Counted from the first letter of the stretch, positions 13,070 to 26,503 are shown. The stretch: 64,000 bases of DNA from Octopus sinensis (GCF_006345805.1 NC_043007.1:57722001-57786000); one strand, 5' to 3'. Translations and numbers: made by a program. The notes: generated from the letters alone by a model not told the origin.

Positions 13070-13714
13070 GTGTTTCTACGTGCCGCGTCTGTAATAGAGT
13101 GGAGGAAATCATTACTTGTATAGCGAATGAATGTCCTAGACTTGCCGAAAACCACTAAAAGTTATGGCGACACGATCAAGTAGAGAAAGTGCTACATTGA
13201 AAATTGTGCGAAGTGAGGCAAAACGTACTATGAGCACACACTGCAGAGAGTGGCGGAGCCAGAGACTAGCAAAATCCCCTGGAATTTCCCAATCCAAACA
13301 AATCAGATGTTAGAGCATAACAGACCGGACCTAGTGATGGTGGACAAGATGCAACACATGTGCTATATGGTTGATGCTGCATGCCCCTTTGACCACGAAT
13401 AGTCAAGAAGGAAGGCGAAAAAATAGATATATACAATCTTTTTAAGTACGGAATAGCCCGGCTATGGAAAATGACAAAAGGTGAAGGCAATGCCAGTTAT
13501 TGTTGGGGGCAGTACCAGAAGGCATCAAGAGGAACATAAAGGAAATCGGTATAGAGTGCCCAGTAGAACTGTCACTAAAGATTTGTCTCCTTGGTACGGC
13601 CAAAATAATCAGCAAATTATTAGATAGCTGAAAGAACGGATAACATGGTACCATGGGCTGCAGGTACAAAGCTCACTAGGCATGCAAGATGTTAGGAGTT
13701 ACGACAAAACTTGA
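13070..13714 (+). mobile_element. R4/Dong-clade non-LTR retrotransposon, 5'-truncated RLE-domain fragment
   Basis: CRVCNRVEEIITCIANECPRLA..RHDQV..HNRPDLVMVDK..MVDAACP..KEGEK..IARLWKM..PVIVG, i.e. a CCHC knuckle plus a PD-(D/E)xK restriction-like endonuclease. (AAT)n on both sides. Confidence 0.85.
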
Positions 13715-13775
<61 letters not shown>

Positions 13776-14304
13776 GCCCTGATGCAGTACCAGGCAGTGT
13801 CTCTCGTGGCTTCTTATCTTCATTGATTGGAAGTGTTATCATGTACATTGTTTTGTCTTGGTATAAAAGATGGGCTACAGCAAATATTCTGCTCGATACC
13901 ACAGATTCACTTGTCAGTTGCTTGACCATAACCAGTTGACAATGTCCCTTAGTGGCTGACGATATGTGCATCTCTGATCACGAGCAGAAGTAGTGGGGGA
14001 GCATCATAGCCATGTGATGAGAGGAATTTCTTGGGGTTTGGTTACTTCATCTCTGGAAATATAAGTGTTTCAATCAACATCCTTCAACAACCCTTATTCA
14101 GGGACCTTTTGAGCGGGATGGGCTACTCGACCTGAAGAAAATTCTAACTGGGCACCACCGGCAAGGTCATGCGCCGTTAATCTTGGTATGAGATCACTCT
14201 GCCACGCACATGTGGCTGTGATGTATGTGCTTGGTGTAGCCTTATCAGACGGGTAGCCATGATGGGTATACTGGGCTTCGTATATTTTACCCTAGTGTCA
14301 CTTT
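13776..14304 (+). mobile_element. Unclassified ~550-bp (AAT)n-associated repeat, copy A (last ~25 nt missing)
   Basis: Colinear with 16440-16992, 17061-17489, 29363-29912(-) and 30241-30308(-). Confidence 0.85.
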
Positions 14305-14349
14305 TTATTATTATTATTATTGTTATTATTATTATCATTGTTGTTGTTG

Positions 14350-14396
<47 letters not shown>

Positions 14397-14399
14397 ATT

Positions 14400-14588
14400 A
14401 ATTCAAATTTTTGCCACAGGGGCAGTTTGGGGGAGATGGGGATGTGTCGATTACATCGACCCCAGTGTTCAACTGGTACTTATTTTATCGACTCAGAAAG
14501 GATGAAAGGCAAAGTTAACCTCGGCGGAATTTGAACTCAGAATGTAAAGCATTTTGCCCGACGTGCGAACGATTCTGCAACTCGCCGC
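14400..14588 (-). mobile_element. SINE family 2 copy
   Basis: ggatgaaaggcaaagttaacctcggcggaatttgaactcagaa..gaacgattctgcaactcgccg. Confidence 0.85.
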
Positions 14589-14607
14589 ATGCTATGATAA
14601 TAATGAT

Positions 14608-15178
14608 AATTTCATTTATTTTCCACAAGGACGATGGTTGAGTGAGACAATACAAAGACAGACATGAATTTTGTTTTACATAAAAGGAAATGATATAACA
14701 AAACAAAATAGAAGGAAGGAAAGTGCACACGGTATACACTGAAAAGAAGGGATATATGCATAGCATACAAAGGTTTAAAAAAAAGTGGCGTGGAGGATGA
14801 TAGAGATGTGGCCCTCCTGATACAGCAAGGCCTCTAGGGATAATCGAGGAACCCCACTGTCTGAGATTTCCCTGAAACTCCTGGAGTAAGTACCCTCTCC
14901 AATTCCTTCTCACCGACTCACTGGTCTACACGTAGAGAGGTACCATCCACTCTTGCCTTTTTTGCAACTTTTACCCACCTTTCAGTAAACTCACTCGAGG
15001 ACAGCACTTCCCTCTCCACTCTCAATTTCCATTTCAAGTGAAACTTGAAGAAGTCAAAGATAAATGTATCTGTCCTTATGCCTTTCAGCTCTGTCCACCA
15101 AACGACCTCTTTCGCCACAGCTACTTGGCAAAGGAAAACTGCTTTGCCTGCACAATCTGTGACAAACTGATCCATCCC
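14608..15178 (-). mobile_element. Tx1/L1-clade 3' fragment ('Tx1-B') with 3' UTR, AATAAA and (ATT)-type tail
   Basis: GKAVFLCQVAVAKEVVWW..FFKFHLKWKLRVEREVLSSSEFTERWVKVAK is homologous to the Tx1-A C-terminus. The 3' end is ccttgtggaaaataaatgaaattatcatt. Confidence 0.8.
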
Positions 15179-15262
<84 letters not shown>

Positions 15263-16290
15263 CATAGTGCGGCAATTGTAGTTGCAAAGAAAAATGAGTT
15301 TGACCAATTGGCTGATAGGTAGGAACAAAAACCTCTGCATGGCAAATATGTGGTCTGCAGCAAATAAGCTAATGTAGACCAGAGGAACACCCATTAGTGG
15401 CTACGGAGCTCAGGGCTAAAAGCAGAGTGTGAAGTCTTTATCTTGGCTACTCAAGATCAGAACAATCAAGTCAATGTGATGAATAGTGGTGTAGACCCAA
15501 AATGCCGAAACCGCGATAATGTGATTGAATCAGTGGAACGCCTAATCTCTGGGTGTAAGGTTATAGCACCAGTAGGGTACAAATCAAGACATGGCAGAGT
15601 TGGCTAATATCTACATTCGATAATGTGTCGGCATTATAAAACCAAAACTGCTGACAAATGGTACAAGCACTACCCTGAGTCTGTAACTGAGAGAGAAAAT
15701 GTAACGATTCTTTGGGAATTCCCAGTATGTACAGATCTGAACATCAAAGCAAATAAACAAGATGTTGTGAATGACCAAAACAATAAAGTCTGTTTATTGA
15801 TTGACATGAGCATATCCCATGATCATACTATCTCGACAAAAGAATTTGATAAGCTCAGAAGATATAAACATTGACTAAACGAAATCGAAAAGATGTGGCA
15901 TCTCAAAACGGTCATAATACCAGTGATTGTAGGAGTAGTTGGAATGATCAAAAAAGGAAATGAAAATTATTTAAGAATGACTCTTGGCTTACGATCCATG
16001 CAGGAAGTGCAAAAGATTGTCTTAACTAGAACGTACTGAGAAGAGTATTGTCGCAATGAATTTTCTTTCCCTTTTCCCCTTTATTTTCTTTGTTTCCTTC
16101 TTTATTTTTTTCCTTTTTCTCTGTCTTTCTTCACCTTGTTCTCTATCACATGGACTTGTAAATGAACAGTCTGATGTGTTTATTTTAATGGCCTCCCATT
16201 GAATACAGTGCGTTTCTCTGTCCTAGGTATCAGGAAGACACTCGGCAAGAAATGGAAATATAATTGAAAAATGATAATGAAAATAATAAT
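15263..16290 (+). mobile_element. R4/Dong-clade fragment 2 (thumb to RLE to 3' UTR)
   Basis: KPLHGKY..WLRSSGLKAECEVFILATQDQ..DPKCR..KSRHGRVG..WYKHYPESVTE..ILWEFPVCTD..KANKQD..LIDMSI..IEKMWHLKTVIIPVIVGVVG. Flanked by (AAT)n. Confidence 0.9.
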
Positions 16291-16303
16291 AATAATAATA
16301 ATA

Positions 16304-16435
<132 letters not shown>

Positions 16436-16439
16436 TGAT

Positions 16440-16992
16440 GCCCTTATGCAGTACCAGACAGTGACTCTCATGGCTTCTGATCTTAACTGATTTGAAGTGT
16501 TATCATGTACATTGTTTTGTCTTGATATAAAAGGTGGGCTACAGCAAATATACTGCTCAATACCACAGATTTGCTTGTCAGTTGTTTGACCTTAACCAGT
16601 TGAGCATGTCCCTTAGTGGCTGATGATATGTGCATCTCTGATCACAAGCACAAGTAGTGGGGGAGCATCGTAGCCATGTGTTGAGAGGGATTCTTTGGGG
16701 TTTGAATAATTTACCTAAGGAAACATGGGTGTTTCATTCAACATCCTTAAACAATCCTTATTCAGGGACCTTTTGAGCGGGATGGGTTACTTGATCTGAA
16801 GAAAATTCTAACTGGGCCCCACCTGCAAGGTCATGTGCTGTTAATCTTGATATGAGATCACCATGTCGCGCACATATGGTTGTGATGCATGTGCCTAGTG
16901 TACCTTTATCAGACGGGTAGTCATGATGGGTATACTGGGCTTCGTATATTTTACCCCAGTGTCACTTTGATGGCATGAACTGCTCTCTCACT
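16440..16992 (+). mobile_element. ~550-bp (AAT)n-associated repeat, copy B (most complete)
   Basis: gcccttatgcagtaccag...ctgctctctcactt between (AAT)n arrays. Confidence 0.9.
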
Positions 16993-17006
16993 TAATAATA
17001 ATAATA

Positions 17007-17047
<41 letters not shown>

Positions 17048-17060
17048 TAATAATAATGGC

Positions 17061-17489
17061 ATCTAACTGACTGGAAGTGTTCTCATGTACCTGTTTTGCC
17101 TTGGTATAATTGATGGGCTACAGTAAATGCCACAGAGTTGCTTGTCAGTCATTTGACTGTAGCCAGTTGAGCATGTCCCTTGGTGGCTGACGATAGGTGC
17201 ATCTCTGATCACGAGCAGGAGTAGTGGGGGAGCATCATGTACACGTGTTGAAAGGAACTCTTTAAAGTTTGAATAATTTACCTCCGGAAACTTGGGTGTT
17301 TCGTTCAACATTCTTAAACAACCCTTATTTAAGGGCCTTTTGAGCGTAGTGCGTTACTTGACCCGGAGAAAATTCTAACTGGGCTCCACCTGCAATGTAC
17401 CCTTATCGGACTGGTAGTCATGATGGGTATACTGGGCTTCGTATATTTTACCCGTGTTTATTTTAAGGGCATGCACTGCTCTCTCACTC
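17061..17489 (+). mobile_element. ~550-bp (AAT)n-associated repeat, copy C (5'-truncated, internal deletion)
   Basis: Colinear with copy B; ends ctctctcactc-(AAT)n. Confidence 0.85.
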
Positions 17490-17539
17490 AATAATAATAA
17501 TAATAATAATAACAATAATAATAATAATAATAATAATAA

Positions 17540-17592
<53 letters not shown>

Positions 17593-17594
17593 TA

Positions 17595-18705
17595 TGATGG
17601 GTGGTACCTCGTTATCGAGTATGGCATTGCACATGGCTTAACTGTTAACGGTGCTGTGATCGAATGTGACTTTTTAGCCCAGCTAAAGATCTACAATGCT
17701 TTGGACAGAATTGGCAGCTAAAACCTTTACCGGCAATAGCCGGCTGTAGTTGTAAATGGGCTTCATGTACCTTTGCATGTCGTTTAAGTTTCCCGCTGAA
17801 TCACACACCCTTCCACATGCTCGACAGATATGATTAGTATGGTGTGTAGCACCACCACCATCGGCCTGGTAGTCAATCATCGGTCTCGCTTTATGACTAC
17901 GAAAATGACTCTTGAGTCCAGCTTTACTGAGGCAGGGTCTTGCACAGAAACTGCATGTCAGCGTCATAGGAAGACCCTTACCATCTGAAAGTGCAACAGC
18001 GATGCCCTTCCTGACATCCCTGCTTACTTTCTCATGCGCAACTCGAGATTTCTCAAAAGAAGCTGTCCCCTCATGGACAATCCTTCTCCATCTGCTACAG
18101 TCAATAGCTATGTCCTCCCGTGTGTCAGGAGAGATGCTAGCATCTTTCCAGGAAGCCTTCAGCAAGTCTTTATACCTCTTTTTTTGGTTTACGTGGAGGT
18201 CGTTCTCCTTTAGCTAACTCTCCATAAAAGAGTTGTTTTGGCATCCTTGAATCTTTCATTCTGACCAGATTAAACACTCCATCTGAACCTTTGCTTCAAC
18301 ACAAGAGCTTCTATACTTTCACACCAGAGCCTTCCAATATTTCAAGATCACTGATGCGGTCCTCCCAATTAATGCAATAGATCCGTCTGGGACACATCTG
18401 ATGGAAACGTTCCAGCTGATTCAGGTGGTATCGATATGTGACTCACGTCTCAGGCATAAAGAAGAGAAGAGAGCAAACACGCCTTGTACACCTTTATCTG
18501 TCTTCCTGCACATGTCTCGCCGACTCCAGAGGCGCCTTCCCAAAGCATTACTTGCGTTCCTAATTCTGTATGGAATTTCATATCCAAATTACTATATCTA
18601 TTAACAGTGCTTCCCAGGTAGACAAACGGATCAACTACACCAAGTCGTTTACCATACACATAGATATTTGGTTCACTATACTGCTTACCAGGGACAGGCT
18701 GGTTT
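17595..18705 (-). mobile_element. RTE-clade LINE 3' portion, with ORF ending in three C2H2 zinc fingers
   Basis: QPVPGKQYSEPNIYVYGKRLGVVDPFVYLGSTV..IKVYKACLLSSLLYA..SRWRRIVHEG..TCSFCARPCLSKAGLKSHFRSH..; stop at 17645-17647. RTE-like 3' end gccatactcgataacgag..catcat running into (ACT)n. Confidence 0.9.
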
Positions 18706-19750
18706 CTTAAAACTGACTGGATATAGTAACTGCTGATTTCTCAATAGTTTAGCGTAGGCATTCTCTTTTAACTGTTCTTCAGCTTTATGTTAACATCTGC
18801 TGGGCAGCTAATTTCTACAGTTGTACACAATTTCTCTTCTCTATCCCAAATCATTATATCTGGTCTGTTGTGCTTACATTTTAGCGAGGTCTTCACTGGG
18901 ACGTTCCACTAGTATTCCTTTTTATTATGAGTGGCTATGGCTTCTACCATACTTGGGGTTCCTATTTCTTTGTCCTAGGGGTTATCCTTCCGACGGATTT
19001 CATTATCGAGTGTCCAAACTACATCATGTCTCTTCAGTAGATAATACCGTAATGACATTTTCGGATACTGCTTATGATGTGGGTGACATCTTTGGTGTTA
19101 ATTCCACAAAGTCTGCATCGGTTGTCACATTTTACTGCTTTTCCTGCATCTATATCCCTATGTATGTATGTATGTATGTATGTATGTATGTATGTATGTA
19201 TGTATGTATGTATGTATGTATGCATGTATGCATGCATGTATGCATGCATGAATGTATGTGTGTGCGCGCGTGTGTATTTCTCGCAGATATATACATACTA
19301 TATACTAATACATACATATACTACTGGTGTCTTAGTGTGACAGTAAAGAAGGGGAAGGGAAACGAGGTTTATCGATGTGACTCACCCTGGGGCTGAAATA
19401 TTTTGTTTGCTTGATGTAAAGGACCAGTTTTTGTTTTAGTTTTGTGTTTAGATACAGTCTTTGATATGATTGTTCGCCAGAGGATATTTGTAGGAAAAGC
19501 ATGGTTAATCATCCGAAGCGATCGCAGGCTGCTCATCTTCTGTGTTGTCATGCGATGTTTTCTCGATATGTACAATGTTTATTTTTCTCTTTTTTTGCGT
19601 GCAAAAGTGAACGAAACTGGTATTATCCGGCTATTGAACGCTTCTAGGGTCTCCGTGTATGGAGTAAGAATAGTTTTGACTAGAGATGTCTAAGTTGCCT
19701 GTAGATGACTCTGGAGTGTGGAAGATTAGAAGGGATGTAGGGTACCATCA
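18706..19750 (-). mobile_element. R4/Dong-clade fragment 3 (RT piece and RLE piece split by a (TATG)n array)
   Basis: CRLCGINTKDVTHIISS..RHDVV..WNVPVKT..KHNRPDIMIWD..VEISCPADVNI at 18720-19160. A degraded RT piece lies at 19370-19750 (TKTG..IFQ.QGES). Confidence 0.75.
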
Positions 19751-19830
19751 GAGATGTCTATATATGCGGTGGATAGAGGTTTTTATGTGGTCATGAATAT
19801 TTGCATGTTTTATACTCTCATATGAGCTTC

Positions 19831-19862
<32 letters not shown>

Positions 19863-20722
19863 TGTATGTATGTATGTATGTATGTATGTATGTATGTATG
19901 TATTATGTATGTACGTATGTGTTTTTCAGTGTGTTTGTGTGTACGGAGGAAAGAGATCAGTAGTATGATAGGGGAACTGAATGTCTTCTTATAAATGCTA
20001 GAAATGTTGGCCAATTGGTCCATATCTTCATTTACATAAGACATGGATCCTATAGGCACAAATAGAACTACATGTAACAGAAGTTACAGACGGTGCTTTT
20101 ACAGGATCATTCAAAATGCCTAAAATAGCAACCAAATCGTCCTCAAATCACCATTTACCTAGTTGAAAAGTTAATGAACACTTTGCACAATGGATTCTAA
20201 TAGATACGAGAAGAGGTAGCTAGTCGCACGGCTAGAACGTGTTTGATCATATGTCCACTCAATCAGAAATGAACTCGACCAAAGAACACCAACAGGGACA
20301 TGAAGAAAATAATAGAGTGAATGAAGCAACGAAGATTAGGTCATCTGACATGTGAAAAGTGAAAGTAGACATTATCAATGATATGAACCAAGTCAGCAGA
20401 TTATGATGTCTTCAAGGAAAAAGGCCACATGCGAATTGAAACCTCATCGCAAATAGGGAATACCTGGTACTTAGCACTACTTTACAGTATATGATCGTTG
20501 TCGGAACACAGGAAACAATAAATAAATAAGTGTTGAATAATTGTTGCATTATTAACATGTTTTCATTAAAATGCTATTGTCTGGCTCTAACCCTGTTACA
20601 CTTGTATTGCTTGTGTAGATCGATCTTTCAGACATCACAAAGATTGATGCGGGCACACATTCATGGACTGACACACAACACGCACTCACACGCACACATG
20701 CACACATACATATATGTATGTA

Positions 20723-20821
<99 letters not shown>

Positions 20822-21162
20822 CATATATATATATATACATATAAGTATCTGTATATAAAATATTCATATACATGCACAGATATACTGTCATAAGTATGTG
20901 TGTGCATGTGTGATTATGTGTGTGTCAATAGTTATTGTTTAACCAACCGTCACAAATCTTATATAAGCGCATGAGTTCTCGAGTGACTGCCCGTGGCTGA
21001 ATCCATGCACATGCGCATACACACATTTGCAATAGAAAAATCATACGCATATTATGCATACATACACATTCAGTACTTATACAATTTGCACACACGGAAA
21101 CACATATATATGTATGTAAGTATGTGTGTGTTTGTGTGTGTGTACATATACATATGTATACG

Positions 21163-21257
<95 letters not shown>

Positions 21258-21264
21258 TATATAT

Positions 21265-21346
<82 letters not shown>

Positions 21347-21755
21347 TACGCACTTACGTATGCATGCACCGTATATATATACATAGATATAGAGACAGCG
21401 TGTGTCTGTTTGTGCGTACGTGTGCCTGCGTATTTGTACGTTTGGTTGTGAACTGTTCTCCTCACCGAAGCGTAATAATGTTACACACGTCTACATAGTA
21501 TCTTCTTTTTGATGCATAACAAATACCTACCAAACTTATTTATATGAGCACACTCTCACATGCTGACGCAGGAGCATGATTGTACGTCTGTACGTTAATT
21601 AATTTATTTACTTATAAATGAATATATGAATAATAACAATTTGTATTAAGTGGAAACAACACGCTTTTTGTACGTTACAAGCACCTATGCGTGTGTGTCT
21701 GTGTGTGTGTGTGTGTATGTTTATGCACGCGTCCATATTCGCACGCACGTGTATG

Positions 21756-21836
<81 letters not shown>

Positions 21837-21940
21837 TATACATATACATATATTTATAGAGAGAGAGAAATAGATAGATAGATATAGATATAAACACACA
21901 CAAACTCACACAGACATATATACATATATATCTATTCTTA

Positions 21941-22022
<82 letters not shown>

Positions 22023-22051
22023 TGTGTGTATGTATGTATGTATGTATGTAT

Positions 22052-22082
<31 letters not shown>

Positions 22083-22553
22083 ATACACACACATACACAC
22101 ATATTATTCTCCTGCCTATATTCTTCTAACTACTTTTACTCTTTATACTTCTATTTTATTCCTTATAAACTGAATTTTATTCCTTGTAAACTGTAAATTT
22201 TTCCCCGTCTAAAATATTCATGCCTTGTCTCTGATCACAGCATACCCAATGCATGGGCATGCTAACCTACCAGAAACAGCTGTAAGACTTCAAATTAAAT
22301 TATTCTAAATGACTTGAGATACTCGTTCTGTCATGGTTTTGATTTTTCCTCTAATATAATATATACCTGCTATTACGGAACCCTAACACGGATCCCTAGA
22401 TCCGGCCTTAGCTGTGCTCGTGGAACCTAACGGTCGACATACTATGGCACTTACCCAGCGTGCCTATTCGTTTAGATCACAAATGAGCTAAACCCCTCAT
22501 ATTCTTATATATATAGGGTAACTGGCTTCAGGACAAATCAGGATATCTGTCTG

Positions 22554-22584
<31 letters not shown>

Positions 22585-23635
22585 CATACATACATACATA
22601 CATACATACATACATGTAATTTAAATAAATATTCACGATATGCTATGGAGAGAGAGTATATGAAATACAAGCAGAACCGTCTTCGATCGGGGAATAAAGA
22701 AAATGTATTTGTCATACTTTAAAATACTTTCAAACAATACCGGTGAGAAGGAAGGTAAACTATGTAGGATGATGGCAATAAATAAAAAGGAAGAAAAAAA
22801 GATATTGCATTACAGCTTTTAATGCTCCTGTTATATTTCTTATAACAGAAGACAGAAAAGAAACTAAGTGTTCGAAGACCATATCCAGATACAACACACA
22901 CACCTATAAACATACATGTACGCAAACACACACGCACATACGCACATGCACACACAGATACGGACACAAGGACACACACACACACATAGAAGAGTAGACA
23001 ATTATTTGTATATGTATGAGCATGTAAAGTTTATCTTTTTCTGACATTCTTCTTTGTTTCTGTCTGTTAACCACAACGTTAAAACGAGACAGCGAATTAT
23101 ATGACGTGTATATATTAAATTGAAATCTCTGTTAATCTAAGTTTTTATTCTCATTATTCATTGGCGATTTACAGCGCAGTTTGATCGAGTAGTCTAAGCT
23201 TTACTGGTAAGTGAAAATATGAATTATGAATATTTCTCGAATTATATCAAGGATATTAAATCTTTCAAAGCCCTATGTTTACAGTTCATGTTAATTTGAA
23301 TATTGTACGGTACCAGTTCTATATCACTACTTTTATAATTTTTATTCATCTTGTTGACCAGTTAAACAGTTAGGAAATTATGTACGTAATTAATCGTATG
23401 ATGAATCAACCAATCAGCTGGTTTGTTAGAGAACTTTCATTACCATGTCACTCACGCATCCACGAGAGTGACATGACCTCCTTACACCAGGTCACTTGAC
23501 GATTAAGTCGTTCGTATTTAATGACAAATAAGAAGTAGTGAAATGCAACCAGTGCACGTACTTATGACCATCGGCATAGTAGAACAAGAGAGGATTTCAG
23601 GTTAGCAAACTTGCACAATAATTTCAAAATATGAG

Positions 23636-23681
<46 letters not shown>

Positions 23682-24404
23682 GAGAGAGAGAAACAGACAG
23701 ACAGACAGACAGAGAGGGAGAGAGGGAGAGAGAGAAAACCAATCTTTGGGGTTGCATCAAGCTGTCACGATATAATGTAGGATAAATATATTAATAACAA
23801 TAATCCTGGGATGAAATTTATAAACATTTAATGCATCACTACACGCGTTTCCACAAATTACATGTTTCCACAAATTACATAAATTCACAGTCCATATTCT
23901 GGGATGGTTACAGTGTAGTCCGTAGTATCCATGGATATCAGGTTGATCATCTTCATGGATTCATTTCTCCAGGCGATATAACATTAATAGATGCTTTCTC
24001 AACCAACCTTCGCACTGATGAAAAGGGATAAACATCCCTCTGGTAAGGACAATACGCGACTTCGTTGAAACAGTCCTTCCCGCAAAGCAAATTAAATAAA
24101 ATCTGGGATTTTTTGCGGGGCGTGAAACTAGTAATAAAAACAGGACAGTGAAAACAAAACAGTAAAAACAAACGGTGAGGACTGTTAAGCCAAGACGATA
24201 GAAAAATTATTATGAACACTAGGAAGACGAGCTTATAAGAGGAGACAGGTATAAGCACGAAGAGACAGGTATAAGCAATATATGTATATATGCATATATT
24301 ATATATTATTTATATTATTATATGATCGACACCACGCATCCTTTTCCAAGTAAGTTTTATCTATATGTAAATATATATATATATATATATTATAATAATA
24401 TATA

Positions 24405-24448
<44 letters not shown>

Positions 24449-24465
24449 GCATATATGTATATATA

Positions 24466-24509
<44 letters not shown>

Positions 24510-24789
24510 CACACATATGCATATATGTATATATATATATATATAATATATATATATATATATTCTTTTACTTGTTTCTGTCATTTCCACTGCATCCATG
24601 CTGGAGCACCGCATTTAACACACACACACACACACCACACACACACATACACACACATACATACACACACATACATATACATACATACATACATACATAC
24701 ATACATACATACATACATACATACATACATACATACATACATACATACATACACATATACATACATATAACACACACATATACTTTTAG

Positions 24790-25060
24790 TCTTTTCTTCG
24801 GTTCATCCACGAAGTTTCGGTGCTACTGGAGCACCATCATGGCTTCACATTATTACTTTTGCCTCTGACTTTGTTCCAGCTGTTGGACAATTTTGTCTCA
24901 GAGGAAGTTTGAATCCGCTGCTCTCGATAGTACCTCATGCCAGGCTGTCGGTGCATCGAGTATCGGGGAGAAGAGGATGTCTAGCTCCTTTTTGAAGATA
25001 TCTATATCCACATTATGTAGGTTTCTTAATTATTGTGGCATATATTGTATAGAAATATCG
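24790..25060 (-). mobile_element. CR1/L2-like LINE 3'-terminal fragment
   Basis: LRNLHNVDIDIFKKELDILFSPILDAPT..RAADSNFL resembles the C-terminus of the 25538-26344 ORF; 3' hairpin ggtgct/agcacc followed by GAAAC. Confidence 0.6.
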
Positions 25061-25399
25061 TTTAAACTAACTGATATTTTGTTTTTGTTTTGCGACACAT
25101 TACACACGCATGCGTACAAATGCATTAGATGGAGTTGCATTTACATATACATAAGTAGCGACATACGTTGATTGCTGAAACACACATAACTTAGTCTATC
25201 AAGAGTCAAGCTACACATCGGAATCTATCAAATTCTCCCCATGAGAAAATACCCAATGATATTCGATATGGAAATTTAATTCAATTTAACTTCTCAAATT
25301 GATTTAATTGGGCATGGAAACAATTGTAGTTTGAAATTGAGTTTGATATTGTTCACAATTGTATTATGTCCTAATAAATTGATGTCTATATGTCAGTTT

Positions 25400-25437
<38 letters not shown>

Positions 25438-25440
<3 letters not shown>

Positions 25441-26503
25441 CTTAGATAAAACTTAGATATGTTTCGACCAAAGATTGGTCTAGGCCATGTCTAACTTAAT
25501 AGCACCACCTGATAGGATTATCTGAATCCTGTTTAAGTCAAGTTTTGTTTATGGTCCATTCAAGTAGTGAGTTTTTGTTGGGTGAGTTGTATCCAATTAT
25601 GGGTGGCTTATCTGGTATTCCTTGAAGGAATCTATCCAGACTCCGTTTAAAGTTGATGGGATCCTTTTCCTCTTTGATCTCTTTCGGGACAATGTTAAAT
25701 AGGGCAGGGCCTGTTGAGGAAAAGAAATTATGTTGCAGTGTACATGTATGCTGTGATCTTGAATTTGGCAGGGGACGTATGGCCCGTGGTCCCAGTCTTG
25801 GATGAACCTTGAAGCTAATGTTCAGGTCGTTTGGGCAAAGTTGGCGGTATATTCTCCACATCGTACAAATGATGTACCGCTCACGACGACGCTGAAGAGA
25901 GTAGAGTTTCAAGGCTTTAAGGCGATCCCAATAATCGAGAGCAGCCATGCCTTCGATTCGTTTAGTGAGTGCCCTCTGGGGTGATTCAATCCTCGAGATG
26001 TTTTGTCTTGTATGGGGAGACCACAGTGGGCAGCAGTATTCGAGGTGTGGCCGTACAAAGGAGGAGAAAAGTAGTATGATGACACCTTGTTCTCTGGACC
26101 GGAAAATTCTTACGATCCAGGAACTCATCCTACGAGCTATATCAACCTTATTGTTGATGTGTGCACTCCAACTGAGATCGTCATCAACAGTTACACCCAG
26201 GTCTCTGATATTGTTAGAGGCTGTGAGAGGTTCCCCTGAAGGAAGAGAGTATGGCTGTTTTAGTGAGGAATTTTTTCCAAAATGCATCAGCTCAAATTTT
26301 CCCTCGTTCAGTTGCATTTTGTTTCTGTCTGCCCATTGACTCACAGCATATAGATCAGACTAGAGTTGAGTTCGGTCTGCTTCTTCATTGACGATTTGCT
26401 GGAACTTAGTGTCATCAGCAAATATTTTCACTTTGCAGTAATGTACAACACTGGAAAGGTCGTTTATGTAAATTATAAAGAGTAGCGGGCCCAAGACAGT
26501 CAT
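25438..26503 (-). mobile_element. CR1/L2-clade LINE, RT C-terminal half plus 3' UTR, relatively young
   Basis: TVLGPLLFIIYINDL..IFADDTK..*SDL..QWADRNKMQLNEGK..RDLGV..FVRPHLEYCCPLWSP..LKLYSLQRRRERY, with 268 codons uninterrupted. 3' hairpin and short tandem tail (atctaagttt). Confidence 0.95.

Noticed and set aside
23870-24260. Possible CR1/L2 endonuclease N-terminus (ASINVIS.., DYTVTIPEYGL) on the minus strand
   Set aside because: The similarity is too short and fragmented to support a call.
25450-25495. Hairpin plus GAAAC at the CR1 3' end, read as a hammerhead
   Set aside because: It lacks the CUGANGA core and the UH site; it is better explained as a LINE 3' recognition stem-loop.
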